Below are positions 28,113 through 37,560 of a DNA stretch of 64,000 nucleotides, in pieces (the first letter of the stretch is position 1; each line of letters begins with the position of its first letter). The notes beneath the pieces were generated by a model, which was not told where the DNA came from, made no database searches, and saw only the letters and a list, made by a program, of their open reading frames with translations. Source of the DNA: Planctomycetia bacterium (GTDB lineage Bacteria > Planctomycetota > UBA8108 > UBA1146); the NCBI GenBank assembly GCA_012269595.1, contig JAAXJX010000011.1:68184-132183 (forward strand). Reading direction: 5' to 3'. The position numbers and the translations under genes were made by a program.

Positions 28113-29132
28113 TCAGGAAGCGGATTGCTCCAGAGTCTGATCCCACTCTCCTGTCGATGCGGCGGCATTGCTTCGAGCCCTTTGCATGAAGGCTGCTGAG
28201 GCAGCGGCAAGATTTTCCGCCTTGCCCGACCAGGTCTTCATGGCTGTTGCCTGAAGCGCTCTGCCATAGGAGAAAGTCAGGTTCCAGGGATGACCACCCA
28301 ACTTGTTCATCGCATCCAGATGACCTGTGGCGTCCTCATCGCTTTGCCCGCCAGAAAGGAATGCAATACCCGGAACGGCATCAGGAACGGTACGTTTGAG
28401 ACAATCGACGGTTCTGGAGGCCACTACGTCACGGCCTGCCGCTGTGGCACCGGTTCCCGGGATGATCATGGAGGGTTTGAGAACAATCCCTTCGAGCATC
28501 ACGTCCTGCTCTTCCAGTTGACGGAAGGTCAAATGCAAGGCATTGGTGGTCACGCGGTCACATACATCGATGTCGTGGTCGCCGTCCATCAGCACTTCCG
28601 GTTCGACGATGGGGACGATCGAAGCTTCCTGACACAATCGGGCATAACGGGCGAGGGCATGGGCATTGGCCATGTAGCATCCCTCGGACGGAATACCGTC
28701 TCCGATGGTGATCACGGCACGCCACTTCGCAAAGCGGGCACCCAACTCAAAGTATTCTGCGAGTCGATCCCTGAGACCGTCGAGGCCTTCCGTGACTTTC
28801 TCTCCCGGGAATCCGGCGAGATCCTTGGCTCCCGTATCGACCTTGATTCCGGGAACGATCCCTTTTGCATTCAGATTTTCCGGGAAAGGAACGCCGGCAT
28901 CGTCGCTCTGGCGAAGGGTTTCATCAAAAAGGATGACCCCGGAGATGTATTTTTCGACATCGGGACTGTTGAAAAACATTTGCCGGTAGATTCGGCGGTT
29001 TTCTGAGGTGTTTTCGATGCCGAGAGCCTCAAAGCGTTTTCCACAGGTGGGGTGGCTCTCATCGGCAGCAAGGATGCCCTTGCCGCGGGCGACCATCTTT
29101 TGTGCAGTTTCTTTCAGCAGGTTCTTGTCCAT
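28113..29132 (-). CDS. fba: Fructose-bisphosphate aldolase, class I
   Basis: Class I aldolase signature GKGILAADES and a Schiff-base lysine region. 339 aa, with a GGGGAG RBS. Confidence 0.9.
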   Translation of the reverse strand: MDKNLLKETAQKMVARGKGILAADESHPTCGKRFEALGIENTSENRRIYRQMFFNSPDVEKYISGVILFDETLRQSDDAGVPFPENLNAKGIVPGIKVDTGAKDLAGFPGEKVTEGLDGLRDRLAEYFELGARFAKWRAVITIGDGIPSEGCYMANAHALARYARLCQEASIVPIVEPEVLMDGDHDIDVCDRVTTNALHLTFRQLEEQDVMLEGIVLKPSMIIPGTGATAAGRDVVASRTVDCLKRTVPDAVPGIAFLSGGQSDEDATGHLDAMNKLGGHPWNLTFSYGRALQATAMKTWSGKAENLAAASAAFMQRARSNAAASTGEWDQTLEQSAS

Positions 29133-29304
29133 CGGGCACTCCCCATTTCATGCTTGATCCGGAATCGGGATCGAGAACTCTGTCGCAACCATAGAAGGGC
29201 GACGGGATCTTTTTACAGTATGGGGTGAGACCATGCCACCGGAGTGGATGGTTGAAAGATCTGATTCTCGTCAGCGGGGAAGGGGAACCGGTTTCCGGAG
29301 GAAA

Positions 29305-29406
29305 CTAGTTCTTGAACTTGGCCGTGCGCTTCTGGCGGCGGTTGTGGTTCGCCGGACGCTTGCCGTGGTTGGCCTTCTTGACCCGTCGGTTGTTTCTGTT
29401 GGACAT
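29305..29406 (-). CDS. Possible small, highly basic protein (33 aa)
   Basis: ATG...TAG ORF MSNRNNRRVKKANHGKRPANHNRRQKRTAKFKN. Preceded on the - strand by TTGACC-N18-TAATTT and a hairpin. Absent from the ORF track because it is shorter than the 60-aa cut-off. Confidence 0.25.
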   Translation of the reverse strand: MSNRNNRRVKKANHGKRPANHNRRQKRTAKFKN

Positions 29407-29418
29407 GGTGCGAAATTA

Positions 29419-29475
29419 CCGCAGACCCCCCAGCCGGGTCAACTGAACCCGGGGGAGGTCTGCGGCTCTTTTTGG
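29419..29475. terminator. Strong GC-rich hairpin with flanking T-tract (terminator-like) downstream of the tricorn-like gene
   Basis: CCGCAGACC....GGTCTGCGG with an internal CCCGGG core, followed by CTCTTTTTGG on the + strand and TAATTT on the - strand. Confidence 0.4.
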
Positions 29476-29483
29476 CGAAAGAC

Positions 29484-32400
29484 CTAAAAAGTGGCCCTTG
29501 GGGCAGGGGGAAGGTCTTCCAGAAGCCGTTCGATGGCCATGTCCAGCTGGAAATCCCAGTGGTTTTCCTCTGCTTCCGGGGTGGAAGGAACCAGGAGGTC
29601 GGGGATCGCTCCATTCAGATCCATGTCGAGCCCTCCTGGAATGGTGTACCAACCGCGGAAGGGAACCCGAATACTGCTGCCGTCGATCAGGGTAGAGCTG
29701 CCGGTACTGATCACGCTTCCCGATGTGGGCATGCCGATCAGGGGGCCGCGTTTGAGGTTTTTGATGGCGTGGGAGAAGATTTCGGCATTGCTGTAGGAGT
29801 TTTCATTGCACAGGACCGCAATCGGTTTTGTCCACGAGGGAGCAGCGAGGCGATCATTGGGATAACCCAGGCCGCCGGCACGGGGTTGAGTCAACGCATG
29901 GGGTTGCCGGGTCAGGGAGACGAGCAAGCGGTCGGTAGTCCATCCACCGCCATTTTCACGCACATCAATGATCAGGCCTTCCCGATCGTGGCCCGCTTCG
30001 TAGAGCTGCACTGCAAAGCGGTCGAGGCTGGTCTGGTCCATGCTTCGAATGTGAAGGTATCCGAGTCGTCCGGCGGACTCCCTGTGGACCTGCTGACGAC
30101 ATTCCTCGAGCCAATGATCGTAGAGCCTGCTGCGCAGAACGTTGTTGGAGATGGGACGAAGAATCACTTCGAAGGCTTCTCCGTCGCGTTCCAATTCGAA
30201 TGCCACCCGCTTGCCGACTTTGCCGTTGAGCGGGATGGAGGTGTTGCTGCCGAGAGTCAGAGGCGATCCGTCGATGGCAAGGATGAGATCACCGGGTTGG
30301 ACGTCGACCGCTTCGTCCGCAGCCGGGGTTCCCGGAACGATCTGTCCGACCTGGTATCGCCCTGAATCGGAATCCCTTTCCCAGCGCCAGCCGGGAACTC
30401 CCGTGGCACGGATTGACCGGGACCATTTTCCGGCAGCCGAGAATCGCTGATGGGAGGAGTTCAACTCACCAATCATGCGGTTGATGATCCACTCGAATTC
30501 GCTGCGGTGGCGCCTTTGTACCGCGTAAGGGCGGTAGAGTTCTCCGATGGCGTCCCAATCCAGTCCCTTGAGATCGATGTCATAGAAGCGATCCCGCATC
30601 GTTGCCCAGGCCTCATCAAAAACTGCGCCCTGTCGCTCCTGTTGATCGACGGTGAATTTGCTGGAAATCGGCAGGCTGGTGCTGGATCCGCTTTCACTGA
30701 TGAGATTGGGAACCCCGGAAGCCAGTCGCAGATATTTCTTCGATTTCGCAATCCAGGGACCGAAGGGATCCCGTCCGCTGGTGACCTTTTTGGCTGAGGA
30801 TCTGGCAGTCGTGTCGACGCTGTATACGGCAGAGGAAGACTCATGGCTCGAAACAAAAAAGATCTTCTTCGATTTTGATCCCCAGGCGGGCCCACGCACT
30901 CCGGAATCAGAGCTGAAAGCCCGGGTGAAGCGATCGCGGATTCCCTTCAGATCGATTTTGACTTCCGGAGCTTTTTTGGTGGAGTCCTCTTTTTCATTCT
31001 TGGACCCGTTTTTTTCCTTCTTCCCATCTTCCGATTTTTCCTGGGGAGGAAGGGGGTCGCTGGCGAGCTCCCGATCCTCCGCTCCGGGTTGGTCATCTGC
31101 TTCCGTCAGCCACAACCACCAGAGGTCACCACCGGATTCATCTCTTTGTGAGATAAAGGCCAGCTTCTTTCCGTCTGGACTCCAGCGGGGACTGCGGTCG
31201 GGGCGAGGGTTGGCGGTCAAATTGAAGGGGGCACGGGTGCCATCGACGGGGACGAGCCAGATGTCCCGGTTGAAATTGTTGTCCTGGGTCGAAAAGGCGA
31301 TCCAGCGACTGTCCGGGGACCACTCAAAGCTGGGAGGTGACCAGCCGGTGTGAAGAACCCGTGAATCACTGCCATCCAGATTTTGAATGGCGAGGTCACC
31401 GTCTCCCAGAACGAAGGCCAGCAGTTTGCCATCGGGAGATATCTGCGGATACCTGCGGCGGTCGCCAGATCCGGGGAAAGGCGTGACTTCAGTAGAACGA
31501 CAGCGATCCAATCGGGGTTCACCCTCTTCAGTGCTTTTCAACGTGTAGAGATTTTCTGTTCCTCCTCGACGACTGACGAAGAGCAGATTCTGAACCGATT
31601 GTCCTTCTTCCAAAGGAAGCCAGACCGGATTCGTGTCTTTGGCAGGGTGGTGCGTCACACGATTGACGGAGAGGCCCTTTTTGACCCTGCGCACCAGAAT
31701 GTCACCTTCACTGCCCACCGCCAGCATTTTGCCGTCAGCGGAGATGGAGGCACTGGTGGCGCGGTTGTAGGAGAGGTCTTGCAACCCGAGAACAGCCAGA
31801 TCTTCGAGGGCATACCAGGACACCTTTTTCAACTCTCCTGTTTTTCTGTGAAGGTGCCACGCGTTCATCTCTGACTCGAAGAAGATGTGTTGTCCATCAC
31901 GGGAAATACTGGGGGACCGCACCGAATCGGATTCGATATTGGTCCAGACCTTTTCAAAGTTCCCAGAGAGATCCCGCTCGACCAATTGACCGCGACCGTC
32001 GATGGTTTTGACCATGAGAAAGTGATCGTCGTCGATCCAGACCGGAGACCGATGGTCCTTGTAGGTCGGGGTCAACTGTGTCCATTCCTGACTGGTCAAA
32101 TCGTAGAGCCAGATCTGGCTCGCCATCGATCCTTCATAGCCTTGGCGGGTGACGCCTGTTCCCCAACGGGTTGCAAGGATCTTCTTTCCCGAAGGAGAAA
32201 GTCGTGCGTTGGCTGCGGCAGCCAGAGTGAGGCGCTGTGGTTCATGAATTATGGAATCGTCTCCGGGGAGAGTCAGGGAGTAGAGGCGAGTTCCACCGCG
32301 CTTCCAGGTATCAACACGATCACTGGAAATCAGGATCGACTTTTCATCCGGATACCAGTCGCAAGCGCGATCGGTTCCACTCCACCAGGTCAGCCTTTGT

Positions 32401-32765
32401 GGTTGGCCGCCATCCACGGAGATCTTCCAGACATCGTCACTCCCCTCCCTTCGGGAGGAGAAGAGCAGTTGTGTGCCACTTCGATTCCAACGGACACCAG
32501 AATCCATCGCCGGGTGATCCGTCAATCTCTTGGCTTGGCCACCGTTCGTCGGGGCAAGCCAAAGGTCCCCTTCCCACAGGAAAGCGACCTGATCTCCATT
32601 AGGAGAGATTTGTGGGAAAAGGGGCCACCGCATCGGTTCGCCCCCGCTGGGAGCGAGGGTGGCCTGGGAGGCGGAAGAGGCTTCGATCGGATTCAGGAAG
32701 GTGAGTAGCCAGCAAGTGGTCAACACGGTGAGCAGTGGCAATGTTGAAGGCCGTAGTATCTTCAA
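29484..32765 (-). CDS. Tricorn protease homologue (TolB-like beta-propellers, PDZ and a C-terminal S41 peptidase domain)
   Basis: 1090+ aa. N-terminal propeller repeats (FPQISPNGDQVAF, RWNRSGTQLLFSS...) and a C-terminal S41 core (LIIDVRENGGGW ... NENSYSNAEIFSHAIKNLKRGPLIGMPTSGS). Start moved to the TTG with an AGAGGA RBS, which gives a canonical signal peptide MKILRPSTLPLLTVLTTCWLLTFLNPIEA. The ORF track extends to 32858. Confidence 0.85.
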   Translation of the reverse strand: MKILRPSTLPLLTVLTTCWLLTFLNPIEASSASQATLAPSGGEPMRWPLFPQISPNGDQVAFLWEGDLWLAPTNGGQAKRLTDHPAMDSGVRWNRSGTQLLFSSRREGSDDVWKISVDGGQPQRLTWWSGTDRACDWYPDEKSILISSDRVDTWKRGGTRLYSLTLPGDDSIIHEPQRLTLAAAANARLSPSGKKILATRWGTGVTRQGYEGSMASQIWLYDLTSQEWTQLTPTYKDHRSPVWIDDDHFLMVKTIDGRGQLVERDLSGNFEKVWTNIESDSVRSPSISRDGQHIFFESEMNAWHLHRKTGELKKVSWYALEDLAVLGLQDLSYNRATSASISADGKMLAVGSEGDILVRRVKKGLSVNRVTHHPAKDTNPVWLPLEEGQSVQNLLFVSRRGGTENLYTLKSTEEGEPRLDRCRSTEVTPFPGSGDRRRYPQISPDGKLLAFVLGDGDLAIQNLDGSDSRVLHTGWSPPSFEWSPDSRWIAFSTQDNNFNRDIWLVPVDGTRAPFNLTANPRPDRSPRWSPDGKKLAFISQRDESGGDLWWLWLTEADDQPGAEDRELASDPLPPQEKSEDGKKEKNGSKNEKEDSTKKAPEVKIDLKGIRDRFTRAFSSDSGVRGPAWGSKSKKIFFVSSHESSSAVYSVDTTARSSAKKVTSGRDPFGPWIAKSKKYLRLASGVPNLISESGSSTSLPISSKFTVDQQERQGAVFDEAWATMRDRFYDIDLKGLDWDAIGELYRPYAVQRRHRSEFEWIINRMIGELNSSHQRFSAAGKWSRSIRATGVPGWRWERDSDSGRYQVGQIVPGTPAADEAVDVQPGDLILAIDGSPLTLGSNTSIPLNGKVGKRVAFELERDGEAFEVILRPISNNVLRSRLYDHWLEECRQQVHRESAGRLGYLHIRSMDQTSLDRFAVQLYEAGHDREGLIIDVRENGGGWTTDRLLVSLTRQPHALTQPRAGGLGYPNDRLAAPSWTKPIAVLCNENSYSNAEIFSHAIKNLKRGPLIGMPTSGSVISTGSSTLIDGSSIRVPFRGWYTIPGGLDMDLNGAIPDLLVPSTPEAEENHWDFQLDMAIERLLEDLPPAPRATF

Positions 32766-32874
32766 GGGGGATCCTCTCAGCTGATTCGTGGGTCCAGTCT
32801 GTGGTGAGTTTGGGTTCCGGGCAAGGCCGGACTTGACCTTCCGGGTACGAATGGGCACGCTTTAGGAAACCGAT

Positions 32875-33621
32875 ATGGGGGCAGGGGAATCTCGCATGGA
32901 TCAGTCCGACAACAAGGGGAACAGTTCTTCCAAGGAATCCACGGGTGAGAGCACCCTGGTTCAAAGATTTCCCGCATCCAATCTGCAGGTCCTGGCCCAT
33001 TTCTATCGTGGAGAACTGGCGAGGGCGAATGTCTGGCGTCAGCGAATGGATGCGACGACCCATTGGGCGGTGGTTTCGACGATGGCCATCATTTCTCTGG
33101 CCTATTCCACTCCGGAAGCATCGATGCTGTTGTTGCCTTTCTGTTGTGTCCTGCTGTATCTGCTGTTGCACATCGAGGCGCGCCGGTACCGGTACTTTGA
33201 TGTCTGGCGCATGAGGGTTCGCATGCTAGAAGTCCATCTGATGGTACCCGCACTGTTACAGGGGCAGGATCTCGCGGAAGGCAATTGGCGGGAAACCCTC
33301 TGCAATGATTTACTCGCCCCTCATTATAAAATGAGTCGGATCGAGGCTCTGGGTCGCCGATTGCAGCGAACCTACATATGGCTCTTCCTGATTGTTCTGG
33401 GGACCTGGTTGCTGCTGGGCTTCAATCGCGTACCCGCAGAGAAAATGGACATCGGTTCCTTTTTGTCCGTCTTTGGTCAGGGATCTGTCTCCGGTGCAGC
33501 GGTGCTCGGATTCGTGGGCGTCTTTTACCTCTACCTTTTTTCGATTCTGGTGATCGCAGGACCGCGACAGGATACGGAAATCCGTCGCAAGGAGCCTTCG
33601 CGACAGCACTGGCCGATTTGA
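32875..33621 (+). CDS. DUF2270-like integral membrane protein
   Basis: The N-terminal motif YRGELARANVWRQRMDATTHWAVVST resembles DUF2270, followed by 4-5 TM helices. Confidence 0.55.
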   Translation: MGAGESRMDQSDNKGNSSSKESTGESTLVQRFPASNLQVLAHFYRGELARANVWRQRMDATTHWAVVSTMAIISLAYSTPEASMLLLPFCCVLLYLLLHIEARRYRYFDVWRMRVRMLEVHLMVPALLQGQDLAEGNWRETLCNDLLAPHYKMSRIEALGRRLQRTYIWLFLIVLGTWLLLGFNRVPAEKMDIGSFLSVFGQGSVSGAAVLGFVGVFYLYLFSILVIAGPRQDTEIRRKEPSRQHWPI

Positions 33622-33625
33622 TCGG

Positions 33626-34669
33626 TCACTTCTTGCGGGAGCCCGCCCTGAAACTTTCGAGGAGTTTTTTGGCCTCCTGGGCGATCGCAGTTTCCCCAAG
33701 TCTCTGGACCAGTTGTTCCGCTTCGGTCATGCGTCCTGCCTGAAGCAGAGTGCTGACCGTCTCGAGGGGGGGCTCGGAAGCATTGGGCATTGCCGCCCCT
33801 GCACGGGCAAACCAGCGCAGTGATTCTCCATAGACGGAAAGATCACGGTGGACCCTTCCCAATTCGAGAAGAATGGATCCTTCTTCCGGATTCAGAGCCC
33901 AGCGTTCCTTCAGCAAAGCAATCCTCGATCTCCCCGACAGGATTTTCTGATAACGGGCCATGGCTGACCGTGCTTCTTCAGGTTTCTTCAGGTTCCTCAA
34001 GGCCAGTGCACGGTTGTATGCGGCGCCATGTTGAAGTGGGTCTCGGAGCAGTACCTGATCGAGCAGATCGAGGGCAAGGCGGGGATCCTCGTCCAGAAGC
34101 AGTTGTGCCAAACGGTAGCGAGCCCGATCGAATTGATCATCAATCTTCAGGACTTCCTCAAATTTATGACGAGCTTCCTGGAGCTGATTTTGCGATTGAA
34201 GGGAAAGCCCTTCACCAAAGATGCCCCGAACCCTGAGAGCCGTTTCCTGTCGACTCTGCATCGCACGGAAAACCCTGATTGCTTCCCCATGCTGACCCAG
34301 GTTCTGAAGCGCACGACCATAGTTGAACAACTCACCCAGTTTTTTCGGCTCCTTTTCAACTCCCCTGGAAAAGGAATCCACTGCCAGCTGATACCTCTCA
34401 AGGGCAAAACAGGCTTCTCCCTTGAGGAGCAACAGGGCCGGGTTTTCGGGATATTGAACCAGGTAGGCCTCCAGATAAGGCAGAGCGACGATGGATCGTC
34501 CCTCTGCGATCAGGCTTCGAAGGCGAATTCGTTCTGAGGGCAGTTGCTGAATCGACACCGGAGCCACAGACGCGGGGCCTGAATCGGTTCCCGTTGTCGG
34601 CGGGGTCTGTGCCTGAATGGGATCAGGCAGGATGAGCAGCAGGATCAGCAGGACAGCAGCCAACTTCAA
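33626..34669 (-). CDS. Secreted TPR-repeat protein
   Basis: Signal peptide followed by multiple TPR-like helical repeats. Confidence 0.75.
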   Translation of the reverse strand: MKLAAVLLILLLILPDPIQAQTPPTTGTDSGPASVAPVSIQQLPSERIRLRSLIAEGRSIVALPYLEAYLVQYPENPALLLLKGEACFALERYQLAVDSFSRGVEKEPKKLGELFNYGRALQNLGQHGEAIRVFRAMQSRQETALRVRGIFGEGLSLQSQNQLQEARHKFEEVLKIDDQFDRARYRLAQLLLDEDPRLALDLLDQVLLRDPLQHGAAYNRALALRNLKKPEEARSAMARYQKILSGRSRIALLKERWALNPEEGSILLELGRVHRDLSVYGESLRWFARAGAAMPNASEPPLETVSTLLQAGRMTEAEQLVQRLGETAIAQEAKKLLESFRAGSRKK

Positions 34670-34841
34670 TTCCGTTTCTTAAGGTACAGATTTCTTCTGC
34701 CCTGAAATCATCCGGAAATTTCAGGGGGAAATCAATCCCACCGCCGACTGGATCAGTTGTGAGTATTCTTGTCATTCTGCAAGAGAGTGCCTGATACAAT
34801 GAAATAGCTCTACAAGGTACGACAATAATGAGGGAAAAAGC

Positions 34842-35984
34842 ATGAAGAGATTCTACTTCAAAGGTCTGCTGACTTTTCTTTGTCTGTTGCTGGGGCAGGA
34901 TCAGGCGGAGTCCCAACAGCTCATTCCCCGAACCGTGGACGTCAATGGCGTGACGCGGGAGTATACGGTTTACCTGCCCGTCAACTTTGATCCGGCCGAT
35001 CAGCTTCCCGTACTTTTTGCATTTGGTGGAGGGGGTGATACCGGGGCTTTTTTCATGCAGTTTGAAGGAGATTTCCGTCCGCTGTCGGATGCGGAGCGAT
35101 TTATTGCGGTCTACCCCGAGCCGCTCCTTGACGTCAACGGTTGCCTCTGCTGGAACAACCTGGGGCCTTACAGTACAGGGATCGACGAAGTCGGATTTGC
35201 GGATGCCATGATCGATGCCATGGTCGCCGATTATTCTGCGGACCCTCAGCGGATGTTTGCCTGCGGGTTTTCGCTCGGTGGCAGCCTGATGTGGGATTAC
35301 GCCTGTGAGCTCAGTGACCATTTTGCGGCAGTGGGTGTCGTTGCGGCCAACATGTGGGAATGGACCCAGTCCGCCTGCACACCCGCCCAACCCATCGGCA
35401 TCGTCCACGTTCTCGGGACCAACGACTTTTATGCTCCCTACAACGGTAACCAATATTCGATTGCGACCAATGTTCAGAACAGCTTCTGGGCTGGTGTGAA
35501 TCAGACCCAGTCCGCGCCGACAGAAACTTCCCAGGGCGGAGGGGTCACCCTCTTCGAATGGACCGAGGGGCCCGGTTGCCATACGGTCGCACACTATCGC
35601 ATTCAAAATGGAGATCATGTCTGGCCTGCATTTTCGCAGCAGGCGCTGTGGAACTTCTTCTCGAATTACACTCTTTCCGGAACGGGAATCGGCCCCGGCT
35701 GCGCCCCAGCCACCGGTGGCTTCCGCAGGGGCGATGTCAATGGCGATGGCAGCCTGAACATCAGCGATGCGGTATCGGCCCTGATTTACCTGTTTGATGG
35801 GGGACAGGTCGACTGTGAGAGTGCGGTCGACGGCAATGACGATGGTTCGATCAACCTGGCGGATGCCGTCTCGATCCTTGCCTACCTCTTCAGCGGCAGC
35901 GGGACGCTCCCCGCTCCCTTCCCCGATTGTGGAGCCGATTCGACTATCGATACGCTGGATTGTCTTCAGTACAACGGCTGTTGA
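34842..35984 (+). CDS. Secreted esterase (PHB-depolymerase/LpqC-like alpha/beta hydrolase) with a C-terminal dockerin pair and Cys-rich tail
   Basis: Signal peptide, nucleophile elbow GFSLGG, and dockerin repeats GDVNGDGSLNISDAVSALIYLF and VDGNDDGSINLADAVSILAYLF, ending ...PFPDCGADSTIDTLDCLQYNGC. Confidence 0.8.
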   Translation: MKRFYFKGLLTFLCLLLGQDQAESQQLIPRTVDVNGVTREYTVYLPVNFDPADQLPVLFAFGGGGDTGAFFMQFEGDFRPLSDAERFIAVYPEPLLDVNGCLCWNNLGPYSTGIDEVGFADAMIDAMVADYSADPQRMFACGFSLGGSLMWDYACELSDHFAAVGVVAANMWEWTQSACTPAQPIGIVHVLGTNDFYAPYNGNQYSIATNVQNSFWAGVNQTQSAPTETSQGGGVTLFEWTEGPGCHTVAHYRIQNGDHVWPAFSQQALWNFFSNYTLSGTGIGPGCAPATGGFRRGDVNGDGSLNISDAVSALIYLFDGGQVDCESAVDGNDDGSINLADAVSILAYLFSGSGTLPAPFPDCGADSTIDTLDCLQYNGC

Positions 35985-36010
35985 TTTCAGGGAGAGTCGG
36001 GAGAGAAAAA

Positions 36011-36086
36011 TGGTGGGCGAAGAGGGACTCGAACCCCCGGCATCTTCGGTGTAAACGAAGCGCTCTACCAACTGAGCTATTCGCCC
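36011..36086 (-). tRNA. tRNA-Val (anticodon TAC)
   Basis: The reverse complement GGGCGAATAGCTCAGTTGGTAGAGCGCTTCGTTTACACCGAAG...GGTTCGAGTCC...CGCCCACCA folds as a cloverleaf with anticodon loop TTTACAC. CCA is encoded. Confidence 0.85.
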
Positions 36087-36239
36087 TGATCGTGATCGAA
36101 ACTCCATCGTAAGGATTCCGTCGGAAAATCCCAGCGGAAAGACTGAGATCGCACAAGAGTTTCCTAGTCTGAACAAATCTGCTCTGTGAGTTTTAAGGCT
36201 TTTGGGTATTCTGTTTTACAACCAGCGAAAGGAACCCTG

Positions 36240-36605
36240 ATGAGCGAAGAACGGGAAATCGAGCAGTTGGTCCAGAGGTATTACGAAAGCCTCTACGAGT
36301 CGGACGCAGAGAAAGTGCGGTCGGTCTTTCATGAGAAGGCGATGATCGCAGGTTATCTTCATGGTGAATTGGTTCAGATGTCTTTGGAAGAATTCGCCGG
36401 TTTCGTCGCTGCCCAACAACCTTCACCTCAGGAGAGCGGTGCGAAGCAGCATCTTGAGATTGAATCTGTAGAGTACGCGGGTGAAACAGGTTGTGTCATG
36501 CTGAGTGAAGAGTATCTGGGCATGACCTTCTTTGACACACTTTCATTGCTGAGAGTGGATGGTGAATGGAAGGTCTATAATAAACTCTTCCATGTCGAGG
36601 ATTAA
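36240..36605 (+). CDS. NTF2-like/SnoaL-like (lumazine-binding-type) small protein
   Basis: About 120 aa with the EQLVQRYYESLYESDAEKVRSVFHEKAMI... pattern typical of NTF2-like folds. Start set at the ATG with an AAAGGAA RBS; the ORF track starts at 36186 (GTG). Confidence 0.55.
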   Translation: MSEEREIEQLVQRYYESLYESDAEKVRSVFHEKAMIAGYLHGELVQMSLEEFAGFVAAQQPSPQESGAKQHLEIESVEYAGETGCVMLSEEYLGMTFFDTLSLLRVDGEWKVYNKLFHVED

Positions 36606-36660
36606 ATCGATTTAATAGAACGATTGCTGTTCTTTTTTCATGAAGGAATAGGGATCCATT

Positions 36661-37461
36661 ATGAGTTCTGAATCTGATCCATGGCCAGCCAACCCGGAAG
36701 CGGCACTCCCCCGATTGGTGGAGGAGCAAGGGGGGCGACTCTACTCTCTCGGATTGAAATTCTGCGGAAATGCGGCTGAGGCAGAGGATCTGGTTCAAGA
36801 GACTTTTATTCTGGCATATCAGAACTGGGAATCCTTTGAAGGGCGTTCAAAGGTCTCAACCTGGCTGTACTCCATTGCGGCCCGGGTTTGTCAAAAAATG
36901 CATCGCAAGCGTGCCGGAGAGCCGGATCAAATCGGATCTCTCGAGGAATTACTTCCATTTGGCGAGCCCCGGATCGCGCAAACCGCTTCCGAAATGGATC
37001 CCGCTGATATCCAAATGATCCATATCGAGTCGAGGGAGGATTTGGAGCGGGCCATCGCTAAAATGCCCCAGGACTTTCGTATGCCACTGGTACTCAAGGA
37101 CATCATCGGTTTGACCGTTCCCGAAATTGCTTCAGTGATGGGAATGGAAGAGGGGACGGTGAAATCCCGGGTCCACAGGGCACGGCTCAAACTGAGGAAA
37201 CTGGTCGACGACCGTCTTCCCAGAACCCCCGATGACGTGCCACCTGCTGCCTATCCGATTCAGGTTTGCCTCGATTTGCTTGAGGCGAAGCAGCGATCTC
37301 TGGATCTGAATGAGGAGTTCAGTTCTGAGGTGATCTGCCAGCGGTGTCAGTCCGTCTTTGCTTCCATGGACCTGGCTCAGGATATCTGTCAATCCCTGGC
37401 GGAGGATCATATCCCAGAGGGGTTGAATGAGCGTTTGCGGAAGGCTCTGTCAGAGCTGTAA
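36661..37461 (+). CDS. ECF (sigma-70 family) RNA polymerase sigma factor with a Cys-containing C-terminal extension
   Basis: Sigma-2 region (DLVQETFILAYQNWESFEG) and sigma-4 region (EIASVMGMEEGTVKSRVHRARLKLRK), plus about 90 extra C-terminal residues containing the spaced cysteines VC..ICQRC....ICQ. Confidence 0.85.
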   Translation: MSSESDPWPANPEAALPRLVEEQGGRLYSLGLKFCGNAAEAEDLVQETFILAYQNWESFEGRSKVSTWLYSIAARVCQKMHRKRAGEPDQIGSLEELLPFGEPRIAQTASEMDPADIQMIHIESREDLERAIAKMPQDFRMPLVLKDIIGLTVPEIASVMGMEEGTVKSRVHRARLKLRKLVDDRLPRTPDDVPPAAYPIQVCLDLLEAKQRSLDLNEEFSSEVICQRCQSVFASMDLAQDICQSLAEDHIPEGLNERLRKALSEL

Positions 37462-37560
37462 GTCCCAACTCTCAAACCAGTTAAAAAAAACTCAAAAAAG
37501 TCGGGAACGATGACGGCGTTTTCTGCCTCTCAGATGATGAACCTGAGTGGAGGTGCGCCC

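Noticed and set aside
29472-30365. 297-aa + strand ORF, plus 31887-32708 (273 aa)
   Set aside because: Both are antisense to the tricorn-like protease, which has clear S41 and propeller homology.
34769-34800. TTGTCA ... TGnTACAAT promoter-like elements upstream of the esterase-dockerin gene
   Set aside because: The spacer is 19-20 nt, too long for a confident sigma-70 call, and planctomycete promoter consensus is poorly defined; not reported as a feature.
34623-36176. 517-aa - strand ORF spanning the esterase-dockerin gene and running over tRNA-Val
   Set aside because: Antisense to a gene with a GxSxG esterase and dockerin motifs, and it overlaps a tRNA; spurious.
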